Origin: Tubulanus polymorphus
Lineage: Eukaryota; Animalia; Nemertea
DNA: 64,000 bases
NCBI RefSeq assembly: GCF_964204645.1
Contig: NC_134029.1
Coordinates: 18,904,950-18,968,949, forward strand
Reading direction: 5' to 3'
The position numbers were made by a program, and so were the translations under genes. Shown one piece after another: positions 1 to 12,275 of this stretch; positions within the stretch are counted from its first letter, which is position 1, and each line of letters begins with the position of its first letter. Below the pieces are notes generated by a model. It was not told the origin of the DNA. It did not search any database and saw nothing but the letters and a program-made list of their open reading frames with translations.

Positions 1-708
1 CCGCACGACTGAAGTATCGAAAAACGCACGGTCGATGTTTTTATTATTTGTTTTTTTTTTTTTACGATTGAAAGTACTACGGAATTTACTACGATTTCGC
101 TTCAATGGAACGTTGAATGTCGGTGACAATGGCACGAAGCGGTTTGGCGTCGAATAACGATATTCGAACGTACAGTATAACCCAGAACTCGGGTGACTGT
201 TTGATCGGTTTAGAAAAAATTTTCCCGGGCCCTGGTTGAGCGTATTATGCTTGACGTCGTCATGCAATTCTTTTTTTTTTTACGGGAAAATAGATCAGGA
301 ATTCTATCCGGTGTGTAGACCTACTCCGCGTTTGTTTGATGAGTGTATGTTAATAAGGTTCTATACTTTGTCCATTCGCTTTTTTGCATTGAGATAAAGT
401 TTTCAATGAAAACTATTCAGTCGAATTACCTATTTATCCGTGTAGCTCGTGCGTATATTGATGAGAGAAATGTCAGAGTGTAATTAACTATAATTTTCAT
501 CGTCTATATATTCTATAGCTCAGAATCGCTTCAGTGCTTTTTTTTTACTCTCTTCAGGTCAATTTTTATTCTTCGTTTGTTGCTAATTTCAAATTTATGC
601 GTTATCTAGCTGCCTATCTAGTCGTATAAAGTGGAGTCTTATGACACCGAAATACTGAGCTCTTCTCAGTGAGATGACTTTCAGATGCATACGGGGCAAT
701 ATGTTTAA

Positions 709-995
709 CCCTTTCAGTGAGTCTACACCTCAGTGCAGTGTATAAACTGGTAATGGACTTTGCCAGTACACCGCACCGCGGTATATTGATGTAAGTCATA
801 AACGTTTTTATCTCTTATGAAAGATGGCAGCACCTGTCAAACACACATAAGTTACGGATGACGATACATCGCACCGCGTTGTAGACGCATTATAGTGGAT
901 GCCTGTTATTTGATGCACTGGGCTGGTGGAATTTTTCAAAAATTTACAAATTATCTCCCGCTCTTTAGGGTGTTCATTAGTCAGCACTGAAAGGG
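709..995. mobile_element. piggyBac-type MITE, copy 1
   Basis: TTAA|CCCTTTCAGTG ... CACTGAAAGGG|TTAA; internal ACACCGCAnTGCGGTGT-like palindromes. Confidence 0.85.
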
Positions 996-1065
996 TTAAA
1001 AGGACAAGTCCTTGGGTTAATGTGACTGCTTGCAGTGACTGCTGGGAGCAGATCGTTTTAGCTGG

Positions 1066-1175
1066 CCTCGTGAGCACAGGTGGTTCGAGCGTTGCGCTAA
1101 CAGTACGGTGCTTGCATGTTCAAATCCCAAACCTCTGTTTCGTTCCCGGGCACGTGTGCCGGGTATGTACGGGAT
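1066..1175 (+). mobile_element. Degenerate tRNA-like SINE head
   Basis: A-box-like TGAGCACAGGTGG and B-box GTTCAAATCC at tRNA-like spacing; no full cloverleaf. Confidence 0.4.
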
Positions 1176-1499
1176 ACAAAATCTATTCAAATCAAAATAA
1201 AAGATTTCCAATATCAAGTTTAAAATGTAAATGCTTGCCGAAGACGATCGATATTTAGCTCTCTTCAATGTGAGTTGCCATTGACGATACTGACATTCAA
1301 GAAGTAAATCCTACATCCAAGTTCTTTACCTTGAAAAGGACGCGATAGGTGCTTTCGTTAAAAAACGTATCCGATAATACCCCGTAATTACTGTCAAAAC
1401 CGTAGAAGAGTCTCTTAAGATCGGGGATATTTCGAACTAGTAAATGCCCGATATTTTCATTCGAGCGTCTACGCGTATCGCTGTAGTAGCAGTTAAAGC

Positions 1500-1930
1500 G
1501 ATATACGCTCATTTGCAAGCGTTAAACGCGCGAACAGATTTTCGCGTATCGCCGCCGCCGCCGCGTGGATTTCTCATCGAATTTCGATGTTTTTCTCATC
1601 ACTTTCTCGGCGCGCGCTCGTCTATAGTCGATGACTGATTGCGAATCGATACGCGGTCGGTCGGTTTTTTTTTTCGGCGCCTCGTCCTCGTTTGTATGCG
1701 CGGCGGCTCGGTGACAAAGTCATCGACGTAAGTGCTATTCGTCCGAGGCGAAATCATCGGATTGTCGTATACCTCTGCGGCGAGCGAGGATTTATCGTCG
1801 CAGCAGGAGTTGACGTGAAATTGATTCGAACGATTGGCTGAAGTCTCTCAGCGAACGGCGGCGACAGCGACGGTATACAACTCTGTGAGAGAGGTATCTA
1901 GTGGTCTTGTCGGTGCTTGCATCGGCGCCG
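1500..1930. promoter_or_regulatory. CpG-rich candidate promoter or first-exon region
   Basis: Local excess of CG/CGCG and GCC tracts; a GTAAGT donor-like site at 1728. No transcript evidence. Confidence 0.3.
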
Positions 1931-4900
1931 AAAAACATATGATATTGAATCCGGAAACAAATGACTCGGTAAACTGTACATTCATCAAAGTTTTTCTCAT
2001 ATTTCTTAGATCTTGAAAGGGAATTTTCCTTCATATTCATAATTATGATTTGATCTGAGTTTTGTATTTCTTACAAACCCGCCACATCCACCGAGAGCGA
2101 ATCAGGGTGTCTGATTCTGAAATCGGAAATCGAAGTATATACAGATTATAGTTGGATGATCGGCCGAATTTACAGAATTCTTTTTTTTCAAATTGAAAGC
2201 CCAAAATTGTAAATTTCGGTTTCGGTTTCGTTCAAATGATGCCCAACCAGCCTGAACCGGCAAGCGACTGGTTTGAACGTTGGTTCTCAGCTGTTTTAAT
2301 ACACCTCACCTATGAAATAACGTACCAAAAGAAATAAGCGAAAAAAGCACTTTGAGAATTAGAATCCGGTTTTCATGGTTCGTCGATTAAGAATTTTTCG
2401 GAAAAACTAATTCGAGTGTCCGTTTCACCGGTATTGGGTCGCTCGGTGCGGCTATGCGTTGTTAGAATTTGATTATCGACTCGATCAAAGATGAGCAATG
2501 TTAAGTTATCCATGTCTTGGGAAATCTAAACCGAAGTCGCTGTAATTTCTGACCGGACTATAAATGCCTCGCGTGACTACGGCGATTACCGACGTCGCGC
2601 TAACCTGGTCTTAATTTCGGTCGTAACTCGCAACAATTTCCATCGTGCAAAATTGTTCGGCCGTACATTAGATAGAATGATGATCACGTTGGCCTTATAC
2701 ACCGTCGTTACGTAAAAAACGGAGGATGTGAATTTTTTTGTCGAAAGACCTTTTCCTTTCATGTATCATCATCATTACGAGATATGAAAAAGATGATTTC
2801 GATCTCTGGCATTTACTACCATTTCCTGTCTCAGGAGATTGAATTGTTTTTTAGTTCAGCATGAAAGCTGATCAGAAGGCGAACTTGAACTACTGGCTGA
2901 TGTGTGGGGGACTGGATATAGAGTTTTCACCAAGCCCTATACAGTCTGATATCAAAGCCCGCATTCAACATCTCTATTTGAGCTCATCTTAAAACTCTTG
3001 GTTCCACACAGTTCATATTCTAAATCTAATTATAGATCTCAGGCCTGACAATATCGGGTCTTGTAGATATACAGTATAAGATGATCAATCAGATTTCAAA
3101 GGCGGATCCAGGGGGACTAGTCCCCCCTAGATTTTTTGAGGTGCCCTAAAAATGTTTAGGAAAATTTTTTCATTTTTTAAAGAAATATGAATTATAAGCC
3201 TAGGAGAACACTAGGAGAAAATTTTAAAATTTTCTGGGGGGGAGATCCCCTTTGGTGGCTTCACGCTTTCGGCATTTGCCATGCCAGGGTGCTCTTCATA
3301 TTACTTTTTACCCTTCAGTAACTTGGTCCCCCATCTTCCAAAAATTCTGACTCCACCTTTCGATTTACATGTTTATTTACAACTAAATTTCGGCATATGA
3401 CTTAACCTTATTTTCGACAGCTTTGATGATCTGAGGATATTAATATTTCGTAGTCGTTTAAGGGTAGAAGGGACAGACAGCATATAGCACTAATTGATCA
3501 ACTCCTGAAACTTAAGGTTGCAGCCAGGTTTTTTTAAATAAATGTTCCGGTGTCATCGAATTCCTTATTTATGAGACATCATTAATCTTTCTCGCGTTGG
3601 TTGGAGGTATCAAATAATAACGATATTACTGCGACGAAAATGTCAACAGGGATTTACATTCCATAGGCATTTCGTACTTATAACGGATAAGTGTGAAAAG
3701 CAATTAACTACCAGGGGGAAATACGATCCATTAGAAATAAGTGTGCGTGTGTAATGCAAAATGTGTACAGTATATATGCATTGCGCAATACCTGAAAACA
3801 AATATGTGTTTATATGTGAAAATAAATACGAAAAGCACTAGTTGATCATTCAAAGTTCAAGTGTTGTGTTTGTAATTACCTTGTGACCGGAGAAAATGAA
3901 AGTAGAGTATTTTGTCAACGTATATATTATATCTCGCCAGCCTAGACTTAGAAACTATTATATCTTTATACGCGGCGGTTTAGTACGTATTTCATTGGTC
4001 ACGCGGCTTGTGTTAAGAAATTTATAATCCGCCTCAGCCCGGTTTTTCTTGCGCTCGTAGATTTGATTAGCTCCTCATCGTTAATAATTGAACGTGCGCG
4101 CGTCGATATAGCTTTACAGGACTAATCAATATTATTGCTGCGGTTTAGTGGTATGTGACAGATGGTGGCGTGTGTGTTGAATCAGAGACTCATTGACCAC
4201 TATGAATTTACAACGGGCGCTGAATGAGTTATGGTTCAATGATGAATCGATGTACGTTATATAGGCTATGCCGTGAGTCGTCGTCAATATGCAGGATCTG
4301 ATATCGAGGAAGGAATTGTCTTCGTTAATTCTTCGATTTTTTTAATTTCGAAGGGAATATTCGGATTTTCGGTTTAGAATTGGTTAGGTGAGTGTTGCCT
4401 TGTCGTAGCAGTGATGAGTGCTTTATTGCACCATTTCCGATGGCACTGTGCATCTAACTTCAAAACTGGTTAACTATCGTACAAGCGTTTTTTGGCCTGT
4501 GTACCAGATAAGGTCCGGGCTAACCATTCACACGGGTGCCAAATGGGCCCGTGCCTGCAGAACCCGGACCAATTTGGCCGGACCGAAAAAATTGAGTCAT
4601 ATTCAACAACGGTTAAATTATTGCGTCTGAATGCTTACTAGTTCCGGCAGTGACTGGCCTTACTTTGTCACTGCATTTCTTTCACCAAATTTGACTCGGG
4701 TTTGTTCCGGGCCAATTTGACCCGGCCCAAATCATCTCCGTGTGATCGCGGCTTATGTTTCATGGAGAGTTGAGTAGCATCAGGCTCGAATCCCTAAATT
4801 GAAGGATGGTATTGCTGAGTTCCCACCTCTCTGAATCAGTTCTTATTATTAGTTAGACGTTATCTTGCATTCTTGTTTTGTGGCTCTCCTAAATGCCGAA

Positions 4901-6104
4901 TCTTAGAAATGATAAACACCTATATGTTTGAGGTTTAGATATAATAGGGCCTATGTAGATTCAATTAGTTTCGAACTGCACTGACCTGCGAAACTATTTG
5001 GACTATTGTTTTTGAGTGACCCCACTTCACTTGCTGCATTATACTTAAAATGCCTTGTTTTGGGGTAACCGAACAGTACTACGAACCCGAAAATCTATTG
5101 TTTGGAATAAACTGTATTATTTGGTAAACCTAGCCTCGGGTGGAAATGGCTTCAGAAATTGGCTTAGTTTTGAAATGGCCAAACTGCGCTTATAAATGTT
5201 GACAAATTGAATACAAATTGCCTTATTTGCTGGTGACCCCAGTACTGTACTGTATTGTACTGTACTGTACTTAGTCATACCTTTCGGGATTGAATACAAA
5301 TTGTCTTCATTGTCACAAAAATGTTATCCCTCTATGCAGTGCTGTCCAAATGAGGCGATAAGCTGTAACATTTTGCCGGTTCGACGAAGCCTGCTAACCG
5401 TTTGAAATGAAAGTGGTCAGAATCAAATCACGACATCTTACCACCCTGAAAGTTCCTCTTACCAGTCGCGTCATTTCATATGGACCTCACTGCCTGTGTA
5501 TCTGCTTACGGTTGGTGACTGAATCGGTGACATTTTTCCAGTCCACTACCGAGCATAACATCGACGCTGGTGAAACGTATATATTATATATGTGTTTTTA
5601 CGAAACGAACGACTAAGTGGCTAATGAAGTTACATCCGATAAACGCGCATAAAAGGACGCAAAGTGGTCGCCTAATAATCATCATCGCAGGATCGCGTGG
5701 ATTCATCGTGGATAGCGGTGGAAATAGATTGTTGTTCTTAATACGTATTAGTTACGAGATACGCATAGCCTTTATCAGTCAGTTAGTTCCACGACGCACA
5801 CACACAGGGCTTTCAATAAAGAAAACATTAGGGAAATCAATGGATATGTTTTATCCACACCTCGGGTATATCTTGCGTCCGTCTTACGGGGATTGATGAT
5901 GCGAATCGCATTTGCTATTTTTTTCTCCGTCTCATCCCCGACCGTTTCTCTGAGCTGTTAACTGTAACTGATTGTCGGTGTTTGTTACTATTTCATTACG
6001 AGATGTACTGATTCGATTTGTTTTAGTCGACAGAAATATGAAAGATGTTCCTGACGGTCATACTATTGATTACTCATTAATTCGAACATTTTCTTTCATA
6101 TTGA

Positions 6105-6503
6105 CTCTCAGGCTTCCATGAGGTCCTCATTCTTGTACTGTCCATCTGTTTATCTGTGTCTGTGAACCTGTCTTTCAGCTACTTAGCTTCATTAATTGTG
6201 GGCCGGTCTTCATGAAACTTGGGTACGGTACTATGTTAGTATGGGGGTCTAGTTGTGCAGTGCAAAGAATGGGCCCAGTGCGCCGCCTAGTGGCACAAAT
6301 TTCCACTAAGAACTCTGTTTTTCAGCAACACGACCTTGAAAATGACCTCATAACTCAGGAACGGCGTTCAAATTCAAAAAGTTTGACAAAATTTAGCTAT
6401 TTAGCCCTAGATACCACATAGCCTATCAAAATGCAATGGGAACTAACACATGGTAGTTTCGGAGTTTGAGCCTGAGTCTAAGAACCTTTGTCGCTTGTGG
6501 CTT
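6105..6503 (+). mobile_element. Second DINE-1/Helentron-like family
   Basis: TCTG microsatellite, CTTCATGAAACTTGG and GACCTTGAAAATGACCT motifs, CTCAGGCT/AGCCTGAG subterminal IR; homologous copies at about 62560-62942 and partial copies at 47255-47420 and 49765-49930. Confidence 0.65.
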
Positions 6504-7241
6504 TTTTCAATGAAATTTTACTGAAAAAAATTCAATTCGTTACTGATAGCACTTTTTACAGTTTGACAGCCCTGATTGCTTTATTCGTACATACGCCTGG
6601 ATGATGTAAATTTTGAATTTTTTGACGCCTTATAAAACGTTACCATTATGAAACCTAAACTATGCTAAACCATTCAGCGTCATTTTACAAACGACAACCG
6701 TAAATCGATGTACAAAACGTCACAGGTCTATGTGTACACATACAAGCTATTTGGCAAAATATTATTGATAAAGATGTAGAATGTCTTCCTGTGATTATAT
6801 AATGAGCTCTATTTGAACATCGAAATGTTATATGCATTGAATATCATTAGAAGACGTATTGTAATAGTAAAGGATATATGATTATATCAGAAGCGCAGGC
6901 ATCAATAGAAATGATAAGTAAATAGGATTATTCAGTCAAAATGGCTGGATGTATACACGATTTGGAAGTCTGATATAAAAGCAAGACCCTGACATGGGAT
7001 GCTGGTGGAATGACGAAGCTCTACGATCTGTGTAGGGCCGGTGTGAATTTCATCGGCGGCTAACACAAGCGATCAATATAAAAATGTGTAAACATATGAT
7101 TTCAATATTCAAATGTTTTAGAAAATATGTTCGATATTAAGGGTATGCAGGTTTCATGAGATTGACAATTTATAATAGCCGCAATTTATAATATAAGACG
7201 TCAAATAATTTATTAGAATTAATTTTCTTGTAATATTTCAG

Positions 7242-7311
7242 ATCACTATGGATTTACTAAGATGAATCGTATGATCGAAATGGATTTTATCGCATGCACT
7301 ATCGAACATAG
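7242..7311 (+). other. Candidate 5' UTR exon (70 bp) of the large gene, containing upstream ATGs
   Basis: Acceptor ttttcttgtaatatttcAG| and consensus donor AG|GTAAGT 70 nt apart; linkage to the gene is inferred. Confidence 0.5.
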
Positions 7312-7363
7312 GTAAGTTTATAACCGGAATGAACAATGCGACTGATACAAAAGAGATCATTAA

Positions 7364-7630
7364 CCCTTTCAGTGCATTTCATCGGTGATGGATTTTGCGA
7401 GTACACCGCACTGCGGTGTATTGATTTAATTAGTAATTAGTAAGTATCTCTCTTGAAAAATGGCAGCACCTGTCAAACATAGTGAAATACTAGTAACTAA
7501 CGATACACCGCGTCAGGTGTAGACGCACTATTGTGGTATTCCCGTTATTCAACACACAAGGATGGAATTTTTCAAAATTTTTAAATTATCTCCAGCACTG
7601 TAGGCTATTAATTAGTCAGCACTGAAAGGG
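7364..7630. mobile_element. piggyBac-type MITE, copy 2
   Basis: Same TIRs, TTAA flanks and internal sequence as copy 1. Confidence 0.85.
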
Positions 7631-7838
7631 TTAAGAACAACTATTCACACGAGTGCCAAATGGGGACAAAAGTCGTACTAGACCGTAATATTGCTTTCGA
7701 CCAGGCTTATAAGATAGAAATAATTTTTTTGTTCATCATTCATGTATCTTCCGAATGAATAGAATTACTAAGGAAAAAAATCAAAAAGAGCGAAAATTGT
7801 ATCGAATTGAATAAAAATGATGAAGAAACAAAGAACAC

Positions 7839-8224
7839 GATAGGTAGAACACAATATCCGTGTTGACGCGATGAGGAGAGAATCCCACAATGATAATAAA
7901 AAGTCCGAAAATGAAACTTCGAGATAGTAGTTTATTTCAACGTTTCGACTATATCCTAATAGTCATCTTCAGGAATAATGAGATACTACAGAAATTATGA
8001 GATATATATACAATCCAGAGACAAAGAGACTAATTCAGTTTGTATCATCTCTGATTACTTGAATTAGTCTCTTTGTCTCTGGATTGTATATATATCTCAT
8101 AATTTCTGTAGTATCTCATTATTCCTGAAGATGACTATTAGGATATAGTCGAAACGTTGAAATAAACTACTATCTCGAAGTTTCATTTTCGGACTTTTTA
8201 TTATCATTGTGGGATTCTCTCCTC
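7839..8224 (-). mobile_element. Penelope-like element remnant: inverted pair of pseudo-LTR fragments plus a 33-bp extension, 13-bp TSD
   Basis: Perfect inverted repeat 7872-8037 / 8060-8225 with a 22-nt spacer; AAACAAAGAACAC directly repeated at 7826-7838 and 8225-8237; each arm contains CTGAAGA...CGAAACGTT. Confidence 0.75.
8115..8168 (+). ncRNA. Minimal hammerhead-ribozyme-like motif (mirror copy on the - strand at 7929-7982)
   Basis: CUGAAGA (8125-31), U, stem II GACUAU/AUAGUC, GAAA, then palindromic AACGUU; stem I pairing is weak. Confidence 0.55.
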
Positions 8225-9750
8225 AAACAAAGAACACTAACTTTTCGTAGATAATGAGACCGAACATAAAGATGGAAATATCAACGAAAAAAATCTCTTT
8301 TTAAATCATGATGAAGACGTTACCGAATTTTTTTTGTCATTTGATGTTTTGTCGGAATTCCTAGTGACGCATCTGTACTCGCTAGTAATTAGAAACAAAA
8401 CCCTTTACGTATTTTTATATTACTCGTCAAAAGTTGCCGACGAACTGGAAACAAGTTTTTGATTAGGCTTAGATGTAATCTGATGCTAGGGTCTCAAAAA
8501 CATATATTTTTTTGGTGATGTACTGACAGTCGAGCACAACTATTTTGAAGAGTGTGAACGAAAAAGTTAAGACCTGTTCCAATTTAGACATAAAAGACAA
8601 CTGCTTTGAAAATGTCCTCAAATTTACCATAGATTGATGTATCCAGATATAATGATAAACTGCAGTTATCAAAATTGTTTAAATATACAGCCAGGGACTC
8701 ATAGATCTATCGTTTAGATATAAATCTCTAGTTGAAATACCCATGGCGACATCTTGCAGTGCAAGTTATAACTAAGTGTAGCCAATTTAGCAACGGACAC
8801 TCTGATTTGGCCCGTTCCAGAAAAGGACCCATTTGGACCGGTCTAACTAGTGGTAGTGTGAATGCGGCTGGGGAAAATTATCTCAGAGCATGCCTGAATC
8901 AAATTCAGCCCATGCCTAATTAAAGAGCAGGTTTGCACGTAAACCACTTTCTAGACAATGCTATGAAAAGTGAAATGAGTCACTTCAAAAATCCTGTAAG
9001 CAATAATTTAAGCCACGCTAAAATTTGGCTCGGGCCTGGTCCATATGAATGGTTGGATCTAATCTGGCACTGGTCAAATTTGACCCGGCCCAAAAAATGC
9101 TTAGCGTGATCGCGGCTATAAGGCTTCAAATATCAGCTTTAATTTGAAGTCACGAATTCATCGCTTTCAATTCTGGGCGCGGATTTTCGCGAATTTAATC
9201 TATTACTTCTGGTACAAATCCTGAATGAATGAAATATGTTTTCGCGATTGAAGCTGAACCAGAGTAAGGCGTTGTAACGCATTCGTCACAAAACGAACGG
9301 ATACAAGGCTTCCTAATATGGATCTACGCCGGCGCTCGGCGATGTAGCGTTGATTAGTGGGGAAAAAAAAACGCCCGCAAAGCTATCGTCGCCTGAAGAG
9401 ACGAACGAACGTCTAAAAACGATCATCTATAATTTAATTACCGACAGTCAACGAACGTTTACCTTACATTTGTCGACTCCATCCTTTTTTCCCTGTAAGA
9501 AACATTTCGGTCGATGCTTTGATTGATATGTACGTTGTATTGAAGATATACAGCTTCAAGTATTGGATAATACATTACGGATGCTTTTGATGAGTTATAC
9601 AATAAATGCATCCAGGTAGTTGGGCGCACCTTCCTCTAGGTTCTTTGTAAAAAAAACCGAACATGGGGAAAAAATGAATCGTTTATGGAAGGAAATACAA
9701 TTTCTTATTGAGATGTTTTGTGTATAGTATTTCCCGTTGATAATGATTAT

Positions 9751-10335
9751 AGCCGCGATCACACGAGCAAATTTGGCCCGGAACAACTGTTCACGCAGTG
9801 GCTCACAAATAGGGAACATGCCTGTCTGGCCCGACCAAAACCAAAAATCAGGCCAGAGTCAAAAGCCGCGATCACATGAGCGTTTTTGGCCTGGGACAAC
9901 CATTCACACGGGTGCCAAATGGGCCCGAGCCTGTTTTACCCGACCAAAAACGGACCAGGCCCGAGCCAAATTTTAGTACCAGACAAATGATTGCATTTGA
10001 ATTGCAACTGGCACCAGAAATGATCCACTTCGCTTTGAGCATTGTTTAGTATCGAGTGAATGGTTTGCGTGTGAACGCGCTCTCCAATTAGGACAAATTG
10101 GCCCGAGCCTGATCCGTGCCAATTTGGTCCGGGTCAAATCGTCTCCTGTTTGGCCCGACCAAAACCAAAAATCAGGCTCGAGCCAATTTTTTACACGAAA
10201 CACTTTGCTTTGTTTGAGCATTGTTAAGTATCCAGTGAGTGGTTTGAACGCGCTCTCTAATTAGGCACGGACCAAATTTGACTCGGGCCTGATCCGGGCC
10301 AACTTTGGTGAAATCGTCTCCGAGTGATTGTGGCA
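9751..10335. mobile_element. Self-nested double copy of MITE family B
   Basis: Left TIR at 9751 and again at 9864; segment TGGCCCGACCAAAACCAAAAATCAGGC occurs at about 9827 and 10151. Confidence 0.7.
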
Positions 10336-11486
10336 TATGTCACTGAACTTCAGTTTTTTGTAGTAAAGATTTTTTTGTCATTCGCACCACTCCATATTGA
10401 CATCTGTATGTATAATTAAAGTATGGCGTAGAGTGTTTCAGCAGACGCTCTTCACCGAGGAGTATCTTTATTTCCTTTTCATCGCCGACGACGACTGTGA
10501 CAAGCCGCGCTATGTGTGCGCGCCGTGTCGTACAAAATTCGGCGTCGTGTCTCTCGACACATAGCCGTCATCTTTCCAGCTCGTTACCCGCGACGATTGC
10601 TTTCATTTGGGGGTAGCTCGGCGATCATCAGAGATTAACGAATGAACGTCTGTCGCGGCGGTTTATATCTGATCATCGCGGCGTTTGGTTCTACTCTCAT
10701 CGTCGTCGCGAACGCGCAATACACTGATATACGCGGTGGACGGTAAAAAATCACTTTTTTCATCGCCGTAAAAATTGACATTCGTTATTTGTCCGGTTTT
10801 GATGTCTGATCCTATTATCGGGCGAGGACGAGACACTCGTAATGATCAAATCTGATAGTATAGTCGTTTGTTTTTCGCCGAAGCGTCGCTATTTGACGTA
10901 TGGCTTCGCGAACGTCGCTTACTTTCTCGGGTATTTTGTTTATCGAACAATCGCGGATGATTTTTGTTTTTGTCGGTAAAAGATACCTCGGGAATTTTGG
11001 GGAAGTAAGCAAACTAAAACGGAAAACAATGTAGATTTCTTCAGTAAAACAAACGCGGAATTCCAGACTTTTTTTTAGTCAGGGACTTTTTTGCCCATCT
11101 TGAAGTGATTTTTGCTGAACCTGCGGTAAAAACATGCTGCTGCTGACCTATTTACTTTCGTTAACGAAAATAGGAATTTGACGAGTTGTCTTTGAGGATT
11201 TGTAACAACGGAGTTATCAATCATCCGTGAAAGCGCGCGGTAAACGCATCAGCAACTTTCACTTACTAAACCTTCCAGTGTTATCACGAGAACAGCTCTC
11301 CACACAGCGGCCCGTATTCATTTTACAAGTGCTTTTTGTCCTTGGAAAACTAGTTGGAGTACATAGTATGGTACATGTTTCAGAGAACATGGGATTAACA
11401 AAAACAAACTAGTCGCAACCCGGATTAGATAGTTCGGGATTCGGGGCCCACTGAATTGTCAAATTTCAAAAACCCCATATCGATTA

Positions 11487-11683
11487 AGCCCAACGCACAC
11501 GGCAAAACATTTGTTTTGCCGAAACAGAAAACACGTTTTTCAGAAAACGTTTTTTGCTCGTGACAAACGTTTTTCAGTTCGGCATTTTGTGTTTTGCCTC
11601 CCCCGCACACGGTATAACAAAAAACATCAAACACGTTTTTTCAAGAGGAAAAAACGTTTTTTCGGTGCCGTGTGCGTTGGGCT
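11487..11683. mobile_element. PIF/Harbinger-type MITE with TTA TSD
   Basis: TTA|AGCCCAACGCACACGGCA ... TGCCGTGTGCGTTGGGCT|TTA; related elements at about 11706-11880 and 24645-24782. Confidence 0.85.
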
Positions 11684-12104
11684 TTAAGAAGCAGCAGTTA
11701 TCAAAAGCCCAATGAACAAGACGCAGGGAAACACAGAAACAGGATACAGGATTATGTTTCTGAGTGTTTCCCTGGATTGTGTGTGTTTATGAGAAACGAG
11801 AAACATAGTTTGGGGAAACGATGTTTCTGAGATCAAACATGTTTGATTCTGTGTTTCCCAAGTCGTATGTACTTCACACAAAAAGGGTTTTTTTTTCGTT
11901 ATGATTTTATACCTGGTTCGTACCTGGGTCATGTGGTTCCTGTTCTTGGAGCCGCGGATACCACTGAGGTTTGAAAGGTTACAATGATCACGTCTCCGTG
12001 GCAGAGGCAGTCTAGTGAGACTTGTGGTGCCATTATCGTTGATGTAGAGTCAGTCACACTGTCTCTAGCTCGTTTAGCTGTGGGTGGAAATGGTCAGTTA
12101 TCTA

Positions 12105-12275
12105 AAGCCGCGGACACTCTGGGCGATTTCGTCGGCTGACGAAATCGCCGCCGATTTTATGACCGATTTGATCGCCGACAGACCCGGACACTGGGTGATT
12201 TCGTCGGCGACGAAATCGGCGAACAGCGCCGCTTATTTTGAAACGACCAGTTGAAATCGCCCAGTGTGTCCATTG
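12105..12275. mobile_element. Harbinger-like MITE
   Basis: GGACACTCTGGGCGATTTC ... GAAATCGCCCAGTGTGTCC inverted termini with internal TTCGTCGGCnGACGAA palindromes. Confidence 0.6.

Noticed and set aside
1066-1135. Possible tRNA gene
   Set aside because: A/B boxes are present but acceptor and anticodon stems do not pair; treated as SINE-like.
9393-9425. Second hammerhead-like string CTGAAGA-GACG..CGTC-TAAAA
   Set aside because: The invariant GAAA is TAAA and stems I and III are unconvincing.
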